Source: Oscillospiraceae bacterium
GTDB lineage: Bacteria > Bacillota > Clostridia > Oscillospirales > Ruminococcaceae
Direction of reading: 5' to 3'
Length of the DNA: 25,457 nucleotides
Assembly: GCA_045638185.1 (NCBI GenBank)
Contig: JAZUAX010000125.1
Span: 1-25,457, forward strand
The translations under genes were made by a program, and so were the position numbers. Under the pieces are notes generated by a model that did no database searches, was not told the DNA's origin, and saw only the letters and a program-made list of their open reading frames with translations. Shown here in pieces: positions 16,508-23,825 of this stretch (within the stretch, counting starts at the first letter, position 1; every line of letters begins with the position of its first letter).

Positions 16508-18490
16508 TTATTTTGCCTTTTTTTCCTTTGCGGCAACGCAAAGATAGATTATTACCGAAACCATTGCAAGAACTGTGAAAAGTCCGGGGACAAAAGCAGC
16601 TCCGAAAGTTCCTTCGGTAAGAAGAGTTCCCACCTGATATACAAGGAAGCTGAGTGTATATCCTACGGCAAACTGAAGGCCGATTCCGCCAAGAAGCCAT
16701 TTTGTGCTCTTCATTTCGGAATTCATCGCGCCGATGGTTGCAAAGCAGGGCGGAGTAAAAAGGTTGAACATAAGATAAGCAAGGGCGGCGGCTTTTGTTA
16801 TTGCCATAACTCCTGCAACTTCTGCTCCTGTTCCCTCAAGCATTTCAAGTTCTTCCGCATTGATAAGGTTTTCAAGGCCGACGAAGCAGACTGCAAGAGT
16901 TCCGACAACGTTTTCCTTGGCGATAAAACCGGTTATTGCCGCAGCAGCAAATTCCCAGGAAAGCACTCCGACCACCGGAACAAGAATATAGGCAAAAGGT
17001 CCGGCAAGAGAAGCGAGGATCGAAGAATCTGCGCTTTCGGCAACGGAAAAATTCCAGCTGAAGGTCTGCATGATCTGAACGGCGGTGTTGCAGAGAAGAA
17101 TTATGGTTGCGGCTTTTACAATATATGCCCAGCCGCGGCTGCACATGGATTCAAAAGCTCTTTTAAAACTCGGAATTTTATATTCCGGAAGTTCGATTAT
17201 GAAGAAGGATTTTTTTGCTTTGAATCCGGTGATTTTGTTTACAAGAAGTGCTCCGAAGAAAATCAGAACTATTCCGCAGAAATACATAAGAGCGGAAACC
17301 CATCCTGCATTATCGAAAAACGCACCGGCAAAAAGGGAAATTACCGGAATTTTTGCTCCGCAGGGCATAAAAGGAGCAAGCATTGCAGTTGCTCTGCGTT
17401 CTCTTTCGTTTCTGACAGTTCGGCTTGCCATAACCCCCGGAACGGCACATCCTATGGTTATAACAAACGGGATCACGGATCTTCCGGAAAGTCCGACCTT
17501 TTTAAAAATCGGGTCAAGAACAACTGCGGCTCTTGCCATATATCCGCAATCTTCCAGAAGCGCAATAAGGAAATACATTATCATAACAAGCGGAAGGAAA
17601 CCGAGAACCGCACCGACGCCGCCGATTATTCCGTCAACGAGAAGCGCGGTAAGGATGGGGCTTGCGCCTTCAAGCATTCCGCCGATCCAGTTCTGGAAAT
17701 TTTCCACCCAGCCGGTGATGATATTGGCAACAAGGACTCCGAGACCTTTTTCGTGCTGGGAAATAAGGAAAACAAGGGTCATAACAACAGCAAAAAACGG
17801 GATTCCAAAAGCTCTTCCCGCAAGGATCTCATCTATTTTATCTCCTGTTGTTTTTTTGTTTGTAAAAACTTTTCTGGTTTCAACCGCTTTTACGATTCCG
17901 TTTACAAATTCAAAGCGTTTTCTGTCCGCGGCAACAACCGCTTTTTTATCCGAAAAATCGATTTCTTCCTGCTTATATGGGGCGGTCTGTACTTCTCCAA
18001 CCCGCTCCACGGCAGCTTTTACAACTTCTTTAAGTCCTTCGGAAGCGGTGGAAACAGTATCGATTACCGGGCATCCCAGTTTTTTTGAAAGTGCGTTTGT
18101 ATCAATAACGGTTTCTCTTTTTTCGTTCACATCCGCTTTGTTAAGGGCAACAACCACCGGAATTCCCAATTCAAGAAGCTGAGTTGTGAAAAAAAGGCTT
18201 CTGGAAAGGTTTGTTGCATCAACAATGTTTATTATAACGTCCGGATTTTCGTTCTGAACATAATCCCTCGTAACACTTTCTTCCGAAGTAAAGGGGGACA
18301 TGGAATATGCCCCCGGAAGATCGACGGCAACAAGTTCCTTTTCGCCACCATAAATATTCTTTTTTACCGGATGTTCCTTTTTTTCAACGGTAACTCCGGC
18401 CCAGTTTCCGACCTTTTCATTTCGGCCGGTTATTGCATTGAACATTGTTGTTTTTCCGCTGTTCGGATTTCCGGTGAGCGCAATTCTCAT
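16508..18490 (-). CDS. feoB: ferrous iron transport protein B
   Basis: N-terminal G domain MRIALTGNPNSGKTT, DLPGAYS and NKAD, followed by a polytopic permease. I prefer ATG at 18490 (GGAGGA 10 nt upstream). The track's upstream TTG start at 18508 lies inside the RBS. Confidence 0.95.
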   Translation of the reverse strand: MRIALTGNPNSGKTTMFNAITGRNEKVGNWAGVTVEKKEHPVKKNIYGGEKELVAVDLPGAYSMSPFTSEESVTRDYVQNENPDVIINIVDATNLSRSLFFTTQLLELGIPVVVALNKADVNEKRETVIDTNALSKKLGCPVIDTVSTASEGLKEVVKAAVERVGEVQTAPYKQEEIDFSDKKAVVAADRKRFEFVNGIVKAVETRKVFTNKKTTGDKIDEILAGRAFGIPFFAVVMTLVFLISQHEKGLGVLVANIITGWVENFQNWIGGMLEGASPILTALLVDGIIGGVGAVLGFLPLVMIMYFLIALLEDCGYMARAAVVLDPIFKKVGLSGRSVIPFVITIGCAVPGVMASRTVRNERERRATAMLAPFMPCGAKIPVISLFAGAFFDNAGWVSALMYFCGIVLIFFGALLVNKITGFKAKKSFFIIELPEYKIPSFKRAFESMCSRGWAYIVKAATIILLCNTAVQIMQTFSWNFSVAESADSSILASLAGPFAYILVPVVGVLSWEFAAAAITGFIAKENVVGTLAVCFVGLENLINAEELEMLEGTGAEVAGVMAITKAAALAYLMFNLFTPPCFATIGAMNSEMKSTKWLLGGIGLQFAVGYTLSFLVYQVGTLLTEGTFGAAFVPGLFTVLAMVSVIIYLCVAAKEKKAK

Positions 18491-18520
18491 CAGTTCATTT
18501 TCCTCCAAATTTACGAATAA

Positions 18521-18546
18521 AACAGGTTAGCCTATACTAACCTGTT
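18521..18546 (-). promoter_or_regulatory. GGTTAG-N6-CTAAC palindrome copy 1 (10-bp stem hairpin, terminator-like) in the feoA-feoB spacer
   Basis: AACAGGTTAG-CCTATA-CTAACCTGTT. On the minus strand it is followed by TTTTATT. It shares the GGTTAG/CTAAC arms with the two leader copies. Confidence 0.5.
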
Positions 18547-18551
18547 TTTTG

Positions 18552-18578
18552 AAAAAATTGCTGCGGGATCCGCAGCAA
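18552..18578 (-). terminator. intrinsic terminator-like hairpin directly after feoA
   Basis: On the minus strand: TTGCTGCGG-ATC-CCGCAGCAA followed by TTTTTTC, starting 6 nt after the feoA stop. Confidence 0.6.
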
Positions 18579-18583
18579 AAATA

Positions 18584-18802
18584 TCATTCAACAAGAATAG
18601 CTTCCGCGAGCTGATTGTCGATGTTATATCTTCCGTCTTTTATCGAAACATTACAGCTTTTTTTAAGGCGGGAAATAACCGTTATCGGTTCGCCGCTGTA
18701 ACATCCGAGCGAAAAGAGGAAAGAATCAAGTTCTTCATCGTTTGTCTCTATTCTTTTGATGATATATTCTATACCTTCTTTTGCATTTTTAAGACTCATC
18801 AT
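18584..18802 (-). CDS. feoA: FeoA family protein
   Basis: 72 aa, SH3-like FeoA pattern (GEPITVISR...VSIKDGRYNIDNQLAEAILV). AGGTGG lies 4 nt before the first ATG and 7 nt before the second (18799), so the start may be 18799. Confidence 0.88.
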   Translation of the reverse strand: MMSLKNAKEGIEYIIKRIETNDEELDSFLFSLGCYSGEPITVISRLKKSCNVSIKDGRYNIDNQLAEAILVE

Positions 18803-18831
18803 TATACCACCTGACTGAAAATTTAAGAAAA

Positions 18832-18881
18832 GTTAGCTTCGGCTAACCATTTTTTACAAATAAAAGTTAGGAGCTCCTAAC
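18832..18881 (-). promoter_or_regulatory. two GGTTAG-N6-CTAAC palindromes (copies 2 and 3) in the feoA leader; candidate operator or attenuator
   Basis: GTTAG-CTTCGG-CTAAC (18832-18847) and GTTAG-GAGCTC-CTAAC (18866-18881). Both are embedded in AAAAGTTAG...CTAACCA. Copy 3 starts 9 nt downstream of the -10 box. Confidence 0.5.
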
Positions 18882-18889
18882 CAACGTAC

Positions 18890-18918
18890 ATTGTATCACT
18901 TTTGACTAAATTTGTCAA
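18890..18918 (-). promoter_or_regulatory. sigma-70 type promoter of feoA
   Basis: On the minus strand: TTGACA (18918-18913), a 17-nt spacer, then TACAAT (18895-18890) with TGn upstream. The -35 box is part of the inverted repeat TTGAC-N7-GTCAA (18902-18918). Confidence 0.7.
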
Positions 18919-19013
18919 TATTTTTTTGGTAATAATTTCTTTGGCGCCTTCTATTCAATATATTCTATCCCCTCTGATATCCGTACAAATTTTTCATAGA
19001 ATAATACAAAAAA

Positions 19014-19199
19014 ATGAAAGGAACGATTTTTTTGAAAAAATATACCATTTCCATAGACCCTGCCGCAGCAAAATTCTATGAGACCCTTGCAAGAAGAACC
19101 GGCACCACCGCGGAAGCTTTGATGGCTTCAACCCTTTTTAAATTTGCCGGAGAAATTTCTATCGGTGCAATTCTTGAAAAACAGCTTCCCGAAAAATAA
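19014..19199 (+). CDS. small hypothetical protein, ribbon-helix-helix-like
   Basis: 61 aa, or 55 aa from in-frame TTG at 19032, which has AAAGGAA upstream. The pattern KYTISID (strand), PAAAKFYETLARRTG (helix), TTAEALMASTLFKFAGE (helix) resembles CopG/Arc-type RHH proteins. GC content and codon style match neighbouring genes. It is divergent from feoA. Confidence 0.5.
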   Translation: MKGTIFLKKYTISIDPAAAKFYETLARRTGTTAEALMASTLFKFAGEISIGAILEKQLPEK

Positions 19200-19207
19200 A
19201 CAAAATA

Positions 19208-19236
19208 TTGTAAAAATCCTTGCTATACGCTATAAT
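19208..19236 (+). promoter_or_regulatory. sigma-70 type promoter of tsaD
   Basis: TTGTAA (19208-19213), a 17-nt spacer, then TATAAT (19231-19236). Confidence 0.55.
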
Positions 19237-19275
19237 TATTATAGAACATTATACGTTAGATAAGGCGATGAATAT

Positions 19276-20292
19276 ATGAGAATTTTAGCTATAGAATCTT
19301 CCTGCGACGAAACCGCCGCCGCAATAATTGAAGACGGAAGAAAAATCCTTTCTTCTGTTATAAACACTCAGGTTGCGGAACACGGACTTTACGGTGGAGT
19401 TGTTCCGGAAATTGCTTCCCGCCGTCACACCGAAAATATTGTTGCCGTTGCGGAAAAAGCTCTTTCCGATGCAGGAATGGTACTTGACGAAGTTGACCAT
19501 ATTGCTGTAACCGCCGCACCGGGACTTATCGGCGCGCTCCTTGTCGGAGTAAACTTTGCAAAAGGCCTTTCCCTTGCAACCGGTAAAAAACTTATCCCGG
19601 TCCATCATCTCAAAGGCCATATTGCCGCAAACTATCTTGCGCATCCGGAACTTAAACCGCCATTCCTCTGCCTTGTTGTTTCCGGAGGACATAGCCATAT
19701 CGTCGAAGTCTCCGATTATACAAAATTCCGTATTCTCGGAAAAACAAGGGACGATGCAGCCGGCGAAGCTTTTGACAAAGCCGCAAGAGCAATGGGTCTT
19801 CCCTATCCCGGAGGCGTTCATCTGGACAGAGTTTCCAAAGAAGGCAACCCAAAAGCTTTCAACCTTCCGAAACCGAGAGTTGAAGGATGCCCCCTTGATA
19901 TGAGCTTTTCCGGTCTTAAAACCGCTGTTGTGAATATACTTCATAACGCAGAGCAGCGCGGCGAAGAGATCAACATTCCCGACCTCTGCGCTTCCTATCA
20001 GGACGTTATCTGCCACGCACTTGTTGACAGAGTTATGCTTGCTGCAAAAGAAGGCGGATATAAAACCATTGTTGCTGCCGGCGGTGTTTCCGCAAACAGC
20101 GGTCTTCGCGCTCTTCTTGAAAGGGAATGTAAACGCCGCCATCTGGATCTTTTTGTTCCTCCGCTTGAACTTTGCGGAGATAATGCCGCAATGATCGGTT
20201 CCCAGGCTTATTACGAATCTCTTGCAGGACATTTTGCAGATCTTTCCCTTAATGCAAGACCTACCATGCCCATTGATGAGGATTTTGAATAA
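19276..20292 (+). CDS. tsaD: tRNA N6-adenosine threonylcarbamoyltransferase TsaD
   Basis: 338 aa. MRILAIESSCDETAAAI, the HHLKGHI metal-binding motif, VVSGGHS and GGVSAN. This is canonical Kae1/TsaD. Confidence 0.95.
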   Translation: MRILAIESSCDETAAAIIEDGRKILSSVINTQVAEHGLYGGVVPEIASRRHTENIVAVAEKALSDAGMVLDEVDHIAVTAAPGLIGALLVGVNFAKGLSLATGKKLIPVHHLKGHIAANYLAHPELKPPFLCLVVSGGHSHIVEVSDYTKFRILGKTRDDAAGEAFDKAARAMGLPYPGGVHLDRVSKEGNPKAFNLPKPRVEGCPLDMSFSGLKTAVVNILHNAEQRGEEINIPDLCASYQDVICHALVDRVMLAAKEGGYKTIVAAGGVSANSGLRALLERECKRRHLDLFVPPLELCGDNAAMIGSQAYYESLAGHFADLSLNARPTMPIDEDFE

Positions 20293-20314
20293 AATATGTT
20301 TTTTGAAAGGATGT

Positions 20315-20416
20315 TTGCAATTTTAAATTCAAATTATTGCAAATATCCTTTTTAAATATCTAAATAAACTCAAATTTTGCAATTTTGTATTAAAAAACTT
20401 GCAAATTCTATTGCAA
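20315..20416 (+). repeat. array of five TTGCAA hexamers upstream of the PEPCK gene
   Basis: TTGCAA at 20315, 20337, 20377, 20399 and 20411. Copies 1 and 3 share TTTGCAATTTT, and copies 2 and 4 share TTGCAAAT. Spacing is 22/40/22/12, consistent with an imperfect tandem unit of about 62 bp. Copy 5 is the -35 box. Confidence 0.6.
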
Positions 20417-20438
20417 AATAATTCTTTTGGTGTATAAT
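20411..20438 (+). promoter_or_regulatory. sigma-70 type promoter of the PEPCK gene
   Basis: TTGCAA (20411-20416), a 16-nt spacer, then TATAAT (20433-20438). RBS GGAAAGGAG lies upstream of ATG 20482. Confidence 0.6.
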
Positions 20439-20481
20439 TAAGCCCATAAGATGTCTTTTTTCGGAAAGGAGCGGTCAAACA

Positions 20482-22245
20482 ATGACAAACAACTCTCATG
20501 TCCTGGAATGGATCGAAGAAATGAAAGCACTGGTAAAACCCGATAAAGTAGTCTGGGTTACCGAAGGCGAAGAACAGATCAAATCCCTTAAAGCGGAAGC
20601 AATTGCCACCGGACTTATGGAAGAACTCAACCCCGAAAAACTTCCGGGATGCCTTCTCCACAGAACCAAACCCAACGACGTTGCAAGGGTTGAGGCAAGA
20701 ACTTTTATCTGCACCACCAAAAAGGAAATGGCCGGTCCCACCAACAACTGGGTCGAAAAAGACGAAATGTATGCACGCCTCCGTCCTCTTGCAGACGGCG
20801 CTATGAAAGGCAGAACAATGTATGTTGTTCCCTATTCCATGGGTCAGCTTGGTTCTCCTTTTGCAAAAATCGGTATCGAACTTACCGACAGCATCTATGT
20901 TGTTCTCAATATGGAAATCATGACCAGAATGGGTCAGGAAGCTCTCGACCAGCTTGGCGATTCTTCCGATTTTGTAAAAGGTCTTCATTGCTCTCTTGAT
21001 GTTGACGAAGAACAGAGATACATAGTACAGTTCCCGGAAGATAATACGATCTGGTCCCTTAACTCCAACTACGGCGGAAACGTTCTCCAAGGTAAAAAAT
21101 GCTTTGCTCTCAGAATCGCTTCCTGGCAGGGTTGGAAAGAAGGCTGGATGGCTGAACATATGCTTATCCTCGGAATTGAAAACCCCGAGGGTGAAATCAA
21201 ATATGTCACTGCAGCATTCCCCTCCGCCTGCGGAAAAACCAACCTTGCAATGCTTATCCCTCCGGAACTTTATCAGAAAAAAGGCTATAAAGTATGGTGC
21301 GTAGGCGACGATATTGCATGGCTCCGAATCGGAAAAGACGGACGTCTTTGGGCTGTTAACCCCGAAAACGGTTTCTTTGGCGTAGCTCCCGGCACCAACG
21401 TAAAATCCAACCCCAATGCCCTTGCCGCAACCATGAAGAACACCATTTTCACCAACGTTGCTCATAATCTTGATGACAACACTGTCTGGTGGGAAGGTCT
21501 TGATAAAAATCCGCCCGAAAACGCAATCGACTGGAAAGGCAACCCCTGGAGCGGTTCCACCACAACCGAAAAAGCTGCTCATCCGAACAGCCGTTTTACT
21601 GCTCCGGCTAAAAACTGTCCCTGCGTAAGCCCGAAATTCGATGATCCGGAAGGTGTTCCGATTTCCGCAATGATCTTCGGCGGCAGAAGAGCCAAAACCG
21701 CTCCGCTGGTATATCAGTCCCGCGACTGGAAACACGGCGTTTTCGTAGGTTCCACCATGGCTTCCGAAACCACTGCGGCTGCTGCAGGCGCTGTTGGCGT
21801 TGTTCGCCGCGACCCCATGGCAATGCTTCCCTTCTGCGGTTACCATATGGCAGATTATTTCCAGCATTGGCTTGATATGGGCGAAAAACTCGGCGACAAA
21901 GCTCCGAAAATCTTCAATGTAAACTGGTTCAGAACCGACGACGAAGGAAAGTTCATCTGGCCCGGATTCGGTGATAACATGAGAGTTCTTATGTGGATTC
22001 TCGGACGCTGCGACGGAACCGCCGAAGCTGACGAAACCGCAATCGGCTTTGAACCCAGACCCGAAGATATCGACCTCGAAGGACTCGATATCGATAAGGA
22101 AACTCTCGCAGGTCTTCTTTCCGTTGATAAGGAACTCTGGAAAAGCGAAGCAGAAGGAATCCGCGAATTCTATAAGAAATTTGAAGATAAACTTCCTGCA
22201 GAACTTATGGCAGAACTTGAAAAACTTGAAAAAAATCTTGAGTGA
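20482..22245 (+). CDS. pckG: phosphoenolpyruvate carboxykinase (GTP)
   Basis: 587 aa. GTP-PEPCK signatures: FPSACGKTNLAML (kinase-1a P-loop), VGDDIAWL, NPENGFFGVAPGT and NWFR. Its length is typical of the bacterial GTP-dependent enzyme. Confidence 0.95.
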   Translation: MTNNSHVLEWIEEMKALVKPDKVVWVTEGEEQIKSLKAEAIATGLMEELNPEKLPGCLLHRTKPNDVARVEARTFICTTKKEMAGPTNNWVEKDEMYARLRPLADGAMKGRTMYVVPYSMGQLGSPFAKIGIELTDSIYVVLNMEIMTRMGQEALDQLGDSSDFVKGLHCSLDVDEEQRYIVQFPEDNTIWSLNSNYGGNVLQGKKCFALRIASWQGWKEGWMAEHMLILGIENPEGEIKYVTAAFPSACGKTNLAMLIPPELYQKKGYKVWCVGDDIAWLRIGKDGRLWAVNPENGFFGVAPGTNVKSNPNALAATMKNTIFTNVAHNLDDNTVWWEGLDKNPPENAIDWKGNPWSGSTTTEKAAHPNSRFTAPAKNCPCVSPKFDDPEGVPISAMIFGGRRAKTAPLVYQSRDWKHGVFVGSTMASETTAAAAGAVGVVRRDPMAMLPFCGYHMADYFQHWLDMGEKLGDKAPKIFNVNWFRTDDEGKFIWPGFGDNMRVLMWILGRCDGTAEADETAIGFEPRPEDIDLEGLDIDKETLAGLLSVDKELWKSEAEGIREFYKKFEDKLPAELMAELEKLEKNLE

Positions 22246-22263
22246 TACTCCTCATGCTCAAGC

Positions 22264-22301
22264 AAAAAATCCCGTGCTCAAAACGAGCACGGGATTTTTT
22301 A
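22264..22301. terminator. bidirectional intrinsic terminator
   Basis: AAAAA-ATCCCGTGCTC-AAAAC-GAGCACGGGAT-TTTTTT between convergent genes ending at 22245 (+) and 22317 (-). Confidence 0.85.
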
Positions 22302-22316
22302 TTTAATATAACCGTT

Positions 22317-23765
22317 TTAAAGAATTTTTTCTCCTGCAATTGCGGGAACAGCGCCATCTTCAATGGGACTTACGAATCCGGATTTGGTTTTTTCAAGGAA
22401 TTCCGCTTTTGCTTCTGCAAGAAGTTCCGGATCTTCAAAAAGATCAATTGCGGTTGCGGCTATAACTTTTGCGGCAAGGTTCATGCCTTTTTTTGCAATG
22501 GTGGATTTACCCATGGAAACAACCTGCCAGCTGTGTCCGGGAATTCCGCTTGTCCAGGTCGCGGTATTTATTTGAGCGGTGGGTGTCTGCCAGCTTACAT
22601 CACCAACATCGGTGGAACCGGGAAGAGTAACTTCGCTGTGGAAAAGAGGCATCAGGAAATCGTTCTGGGCCTTTTCTCCGCCGTTTGTTTTTTCATCAAC
22701 AAAGTTTGCGATCTCGCTGCTGAAATTTGAAGCAAATCCCGGAAGGCCATCCGTAAGATAGGTCTTTTTGAGTTCTTCGGCAAAGGCAAGTTCCTCTTCG
22801 GTATATTCCGGAAGCTCGGTTTCTTCAAAGTTTTTGAACATCGCTTTTTCAAGAACGGAGTTCGGAACAACGTCCGCGGTTCCGTCAATAAAGCGGCGTT
22901 TAAGGGTCGTTCCGGTCATAAGTGCGGCACCTTTTGCAATATCTTCGACCCTTGCAAGAAGAGTTTTAACTTTTGCAACGGTATCGGAACGCACCATATA
23001 AAGAACCTGGGCTGTGGGCTGAACAACGTTCGGGGAAATGCCGCCGGCATCGGTTATGGAATAGTGGATACGGTCGCTTACAGGCATATGTTCACGAAGG
23101 AACTGAACGCCGATGTTCATAAGTTCGACCGCATCAAGAGCACTTCTTCCCATATGAGGGCATCCTGCAGCATGTGCTGCAACGCCTTCGAACTTATATT
23201 CCACCTGAACGCAGGCGAGATAAGAACCGCTTGTTACCTGGTTGGAATCGTCCGGATGCCAGGTAAGGGCCGCATCGAGGCTATAGAAAAGATCCTGTTT
23301 TGCCATAAAAGCTTTTCCGGCGCCGCCTTCTTCACCGGGGCAGCCATAGAAAATAACAGTTCCGGAACCTTCGCCTTTCTCCTCCAGATATTTTTTTACC
23401 GCATAAGCGGCAGAAAAGGAACCTGCACCGAGAAGGTTGTGTCCGCATCCATGACCACTTCCGCCAATTATAAGTTCATCATGGACAGTAAGGCCGCTTT
23501 TTTGTGAAAGACCGGAAAGAGCATCGAATTCACCGAGAATTCCGATGATTGGTCTTCCGCTTCCGTAAGTTCCGGAAAAAGCGGTTTCAACTCCGGCAAG
23601 GCCTGTTTCGACTTTAAAGCCGAGCTCTTCGAGAAGTTCTTTATATGCTTCTGCAGATTTATGTTCCTTAAGAGAAATTTCGGCATACTCCCAGATTTTG
23701 TCGGAAAGTTCCTCGAAAATTCCTTTGTTTTCGTCAATATATGCGTAAAGTTCTTTTTTATCCAT
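22317..23765 (-). CDS. M20 family amidohydrolase (AbgB-like, p-aminobenzoyl-glutamate hydrolase subunit B family)
   Basis: 482 aa. N-terminus IDENKGIFEELSDKIWEYAEISLKEHKSAE and metal-binding GHGCGHNL, typical of the AbgB-type M20D subfamily. RBS AAAGGAG. Confidence 0.85.
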   Translation of the reverse strand: MDKKELYAYIDENKGIFEELSDKIWEYAEISLKEHKSAEAYKELLEELGFKVETGLAGVETAFSGTYGSGRPIIGILGEFDALSGLSQKSGLTVHDELIIGGSGHGCGHNLLGAGSFSAAYAVKKYLEEKGEGSGTVIFYGCPGEEGGAGKAFMAKQDLFYSLDAALTWHPDDSNQVTSGSYLACVQVEYKFEGVAAHAAGCPHMGRSALDAVELMNIGVQFLREHMPVSDRIHYSITDAGGISPNVVQPTAQVLYMVRSDTVAKVKTLLARVEDIAKGAALMTGTTLKRRFIDGTADVVPNSVLEKAMFKNFEETELPEYTEEELAFAEELKKTYLTDGLPGFASNFSSEIANFVDEKTNGGEKAQNDFLMPLFHSEVTLPGSTDVGDVSWQTPTAQINTATWTSGIPGHSWQVVSMGKSTIAKKGMNLAAKVIAATAIDLFEDPELLAEAKAEFLEKTKSGFVSPIEDGAVPAIAGEKIL

Positions 23766-23781
23766 TTTAAAACGCTCCTTT

Positions 23782-23818
23782 AAAAAAGAAAAACGGGCGA
23801 CCGCAATGGTCGCCCGTT
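23782..23818 (-). terminator. intrinsic terminator after the ABC ATPase gene
   Basis: On the minus strand: AACGGGCGACC-ATTGC-GGTCGCCCGTT followed by TTTTTCTTTTTT. The T-run ends only 16 nt before the ATG of the M20 gene. Confidence 0.8.
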
Positions 23819-23825
23819 ACGGGAA

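Noticed and set aside
16328-18088. 586-aa plus-strand ORF antisense to feoB and to the Cys-rich peptide gene.
   Set aside because: It is in the same register as the feoB codons. Its composition is Lys/Ser/Cys/Phe-rich with no domain-like features. feoB on the other strand is unambiguous.
18803-19013. Fur box or canonical DtxR/IdeR box upstream of feoA.
   Set aside because: I found no 19-bp GATAATGATAATCATTATC-like sequence. The GGTTAG/CTAAC arms have 6-nt rather than 1-nt spacing, so they do not fit the canonical DtxR box. They are reported only as an uncharacterised palindrome.
20329-21867. 512-aa minus-strand ORF antisense to the PEPCK gene, and similarly 19285..20232 antisense to tsaD.
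   Set aside because: Both are codon-aligned shadows of highly recognisable genes. The 5' end of the first would run through the PEPCK promoter and TTGCAA array.
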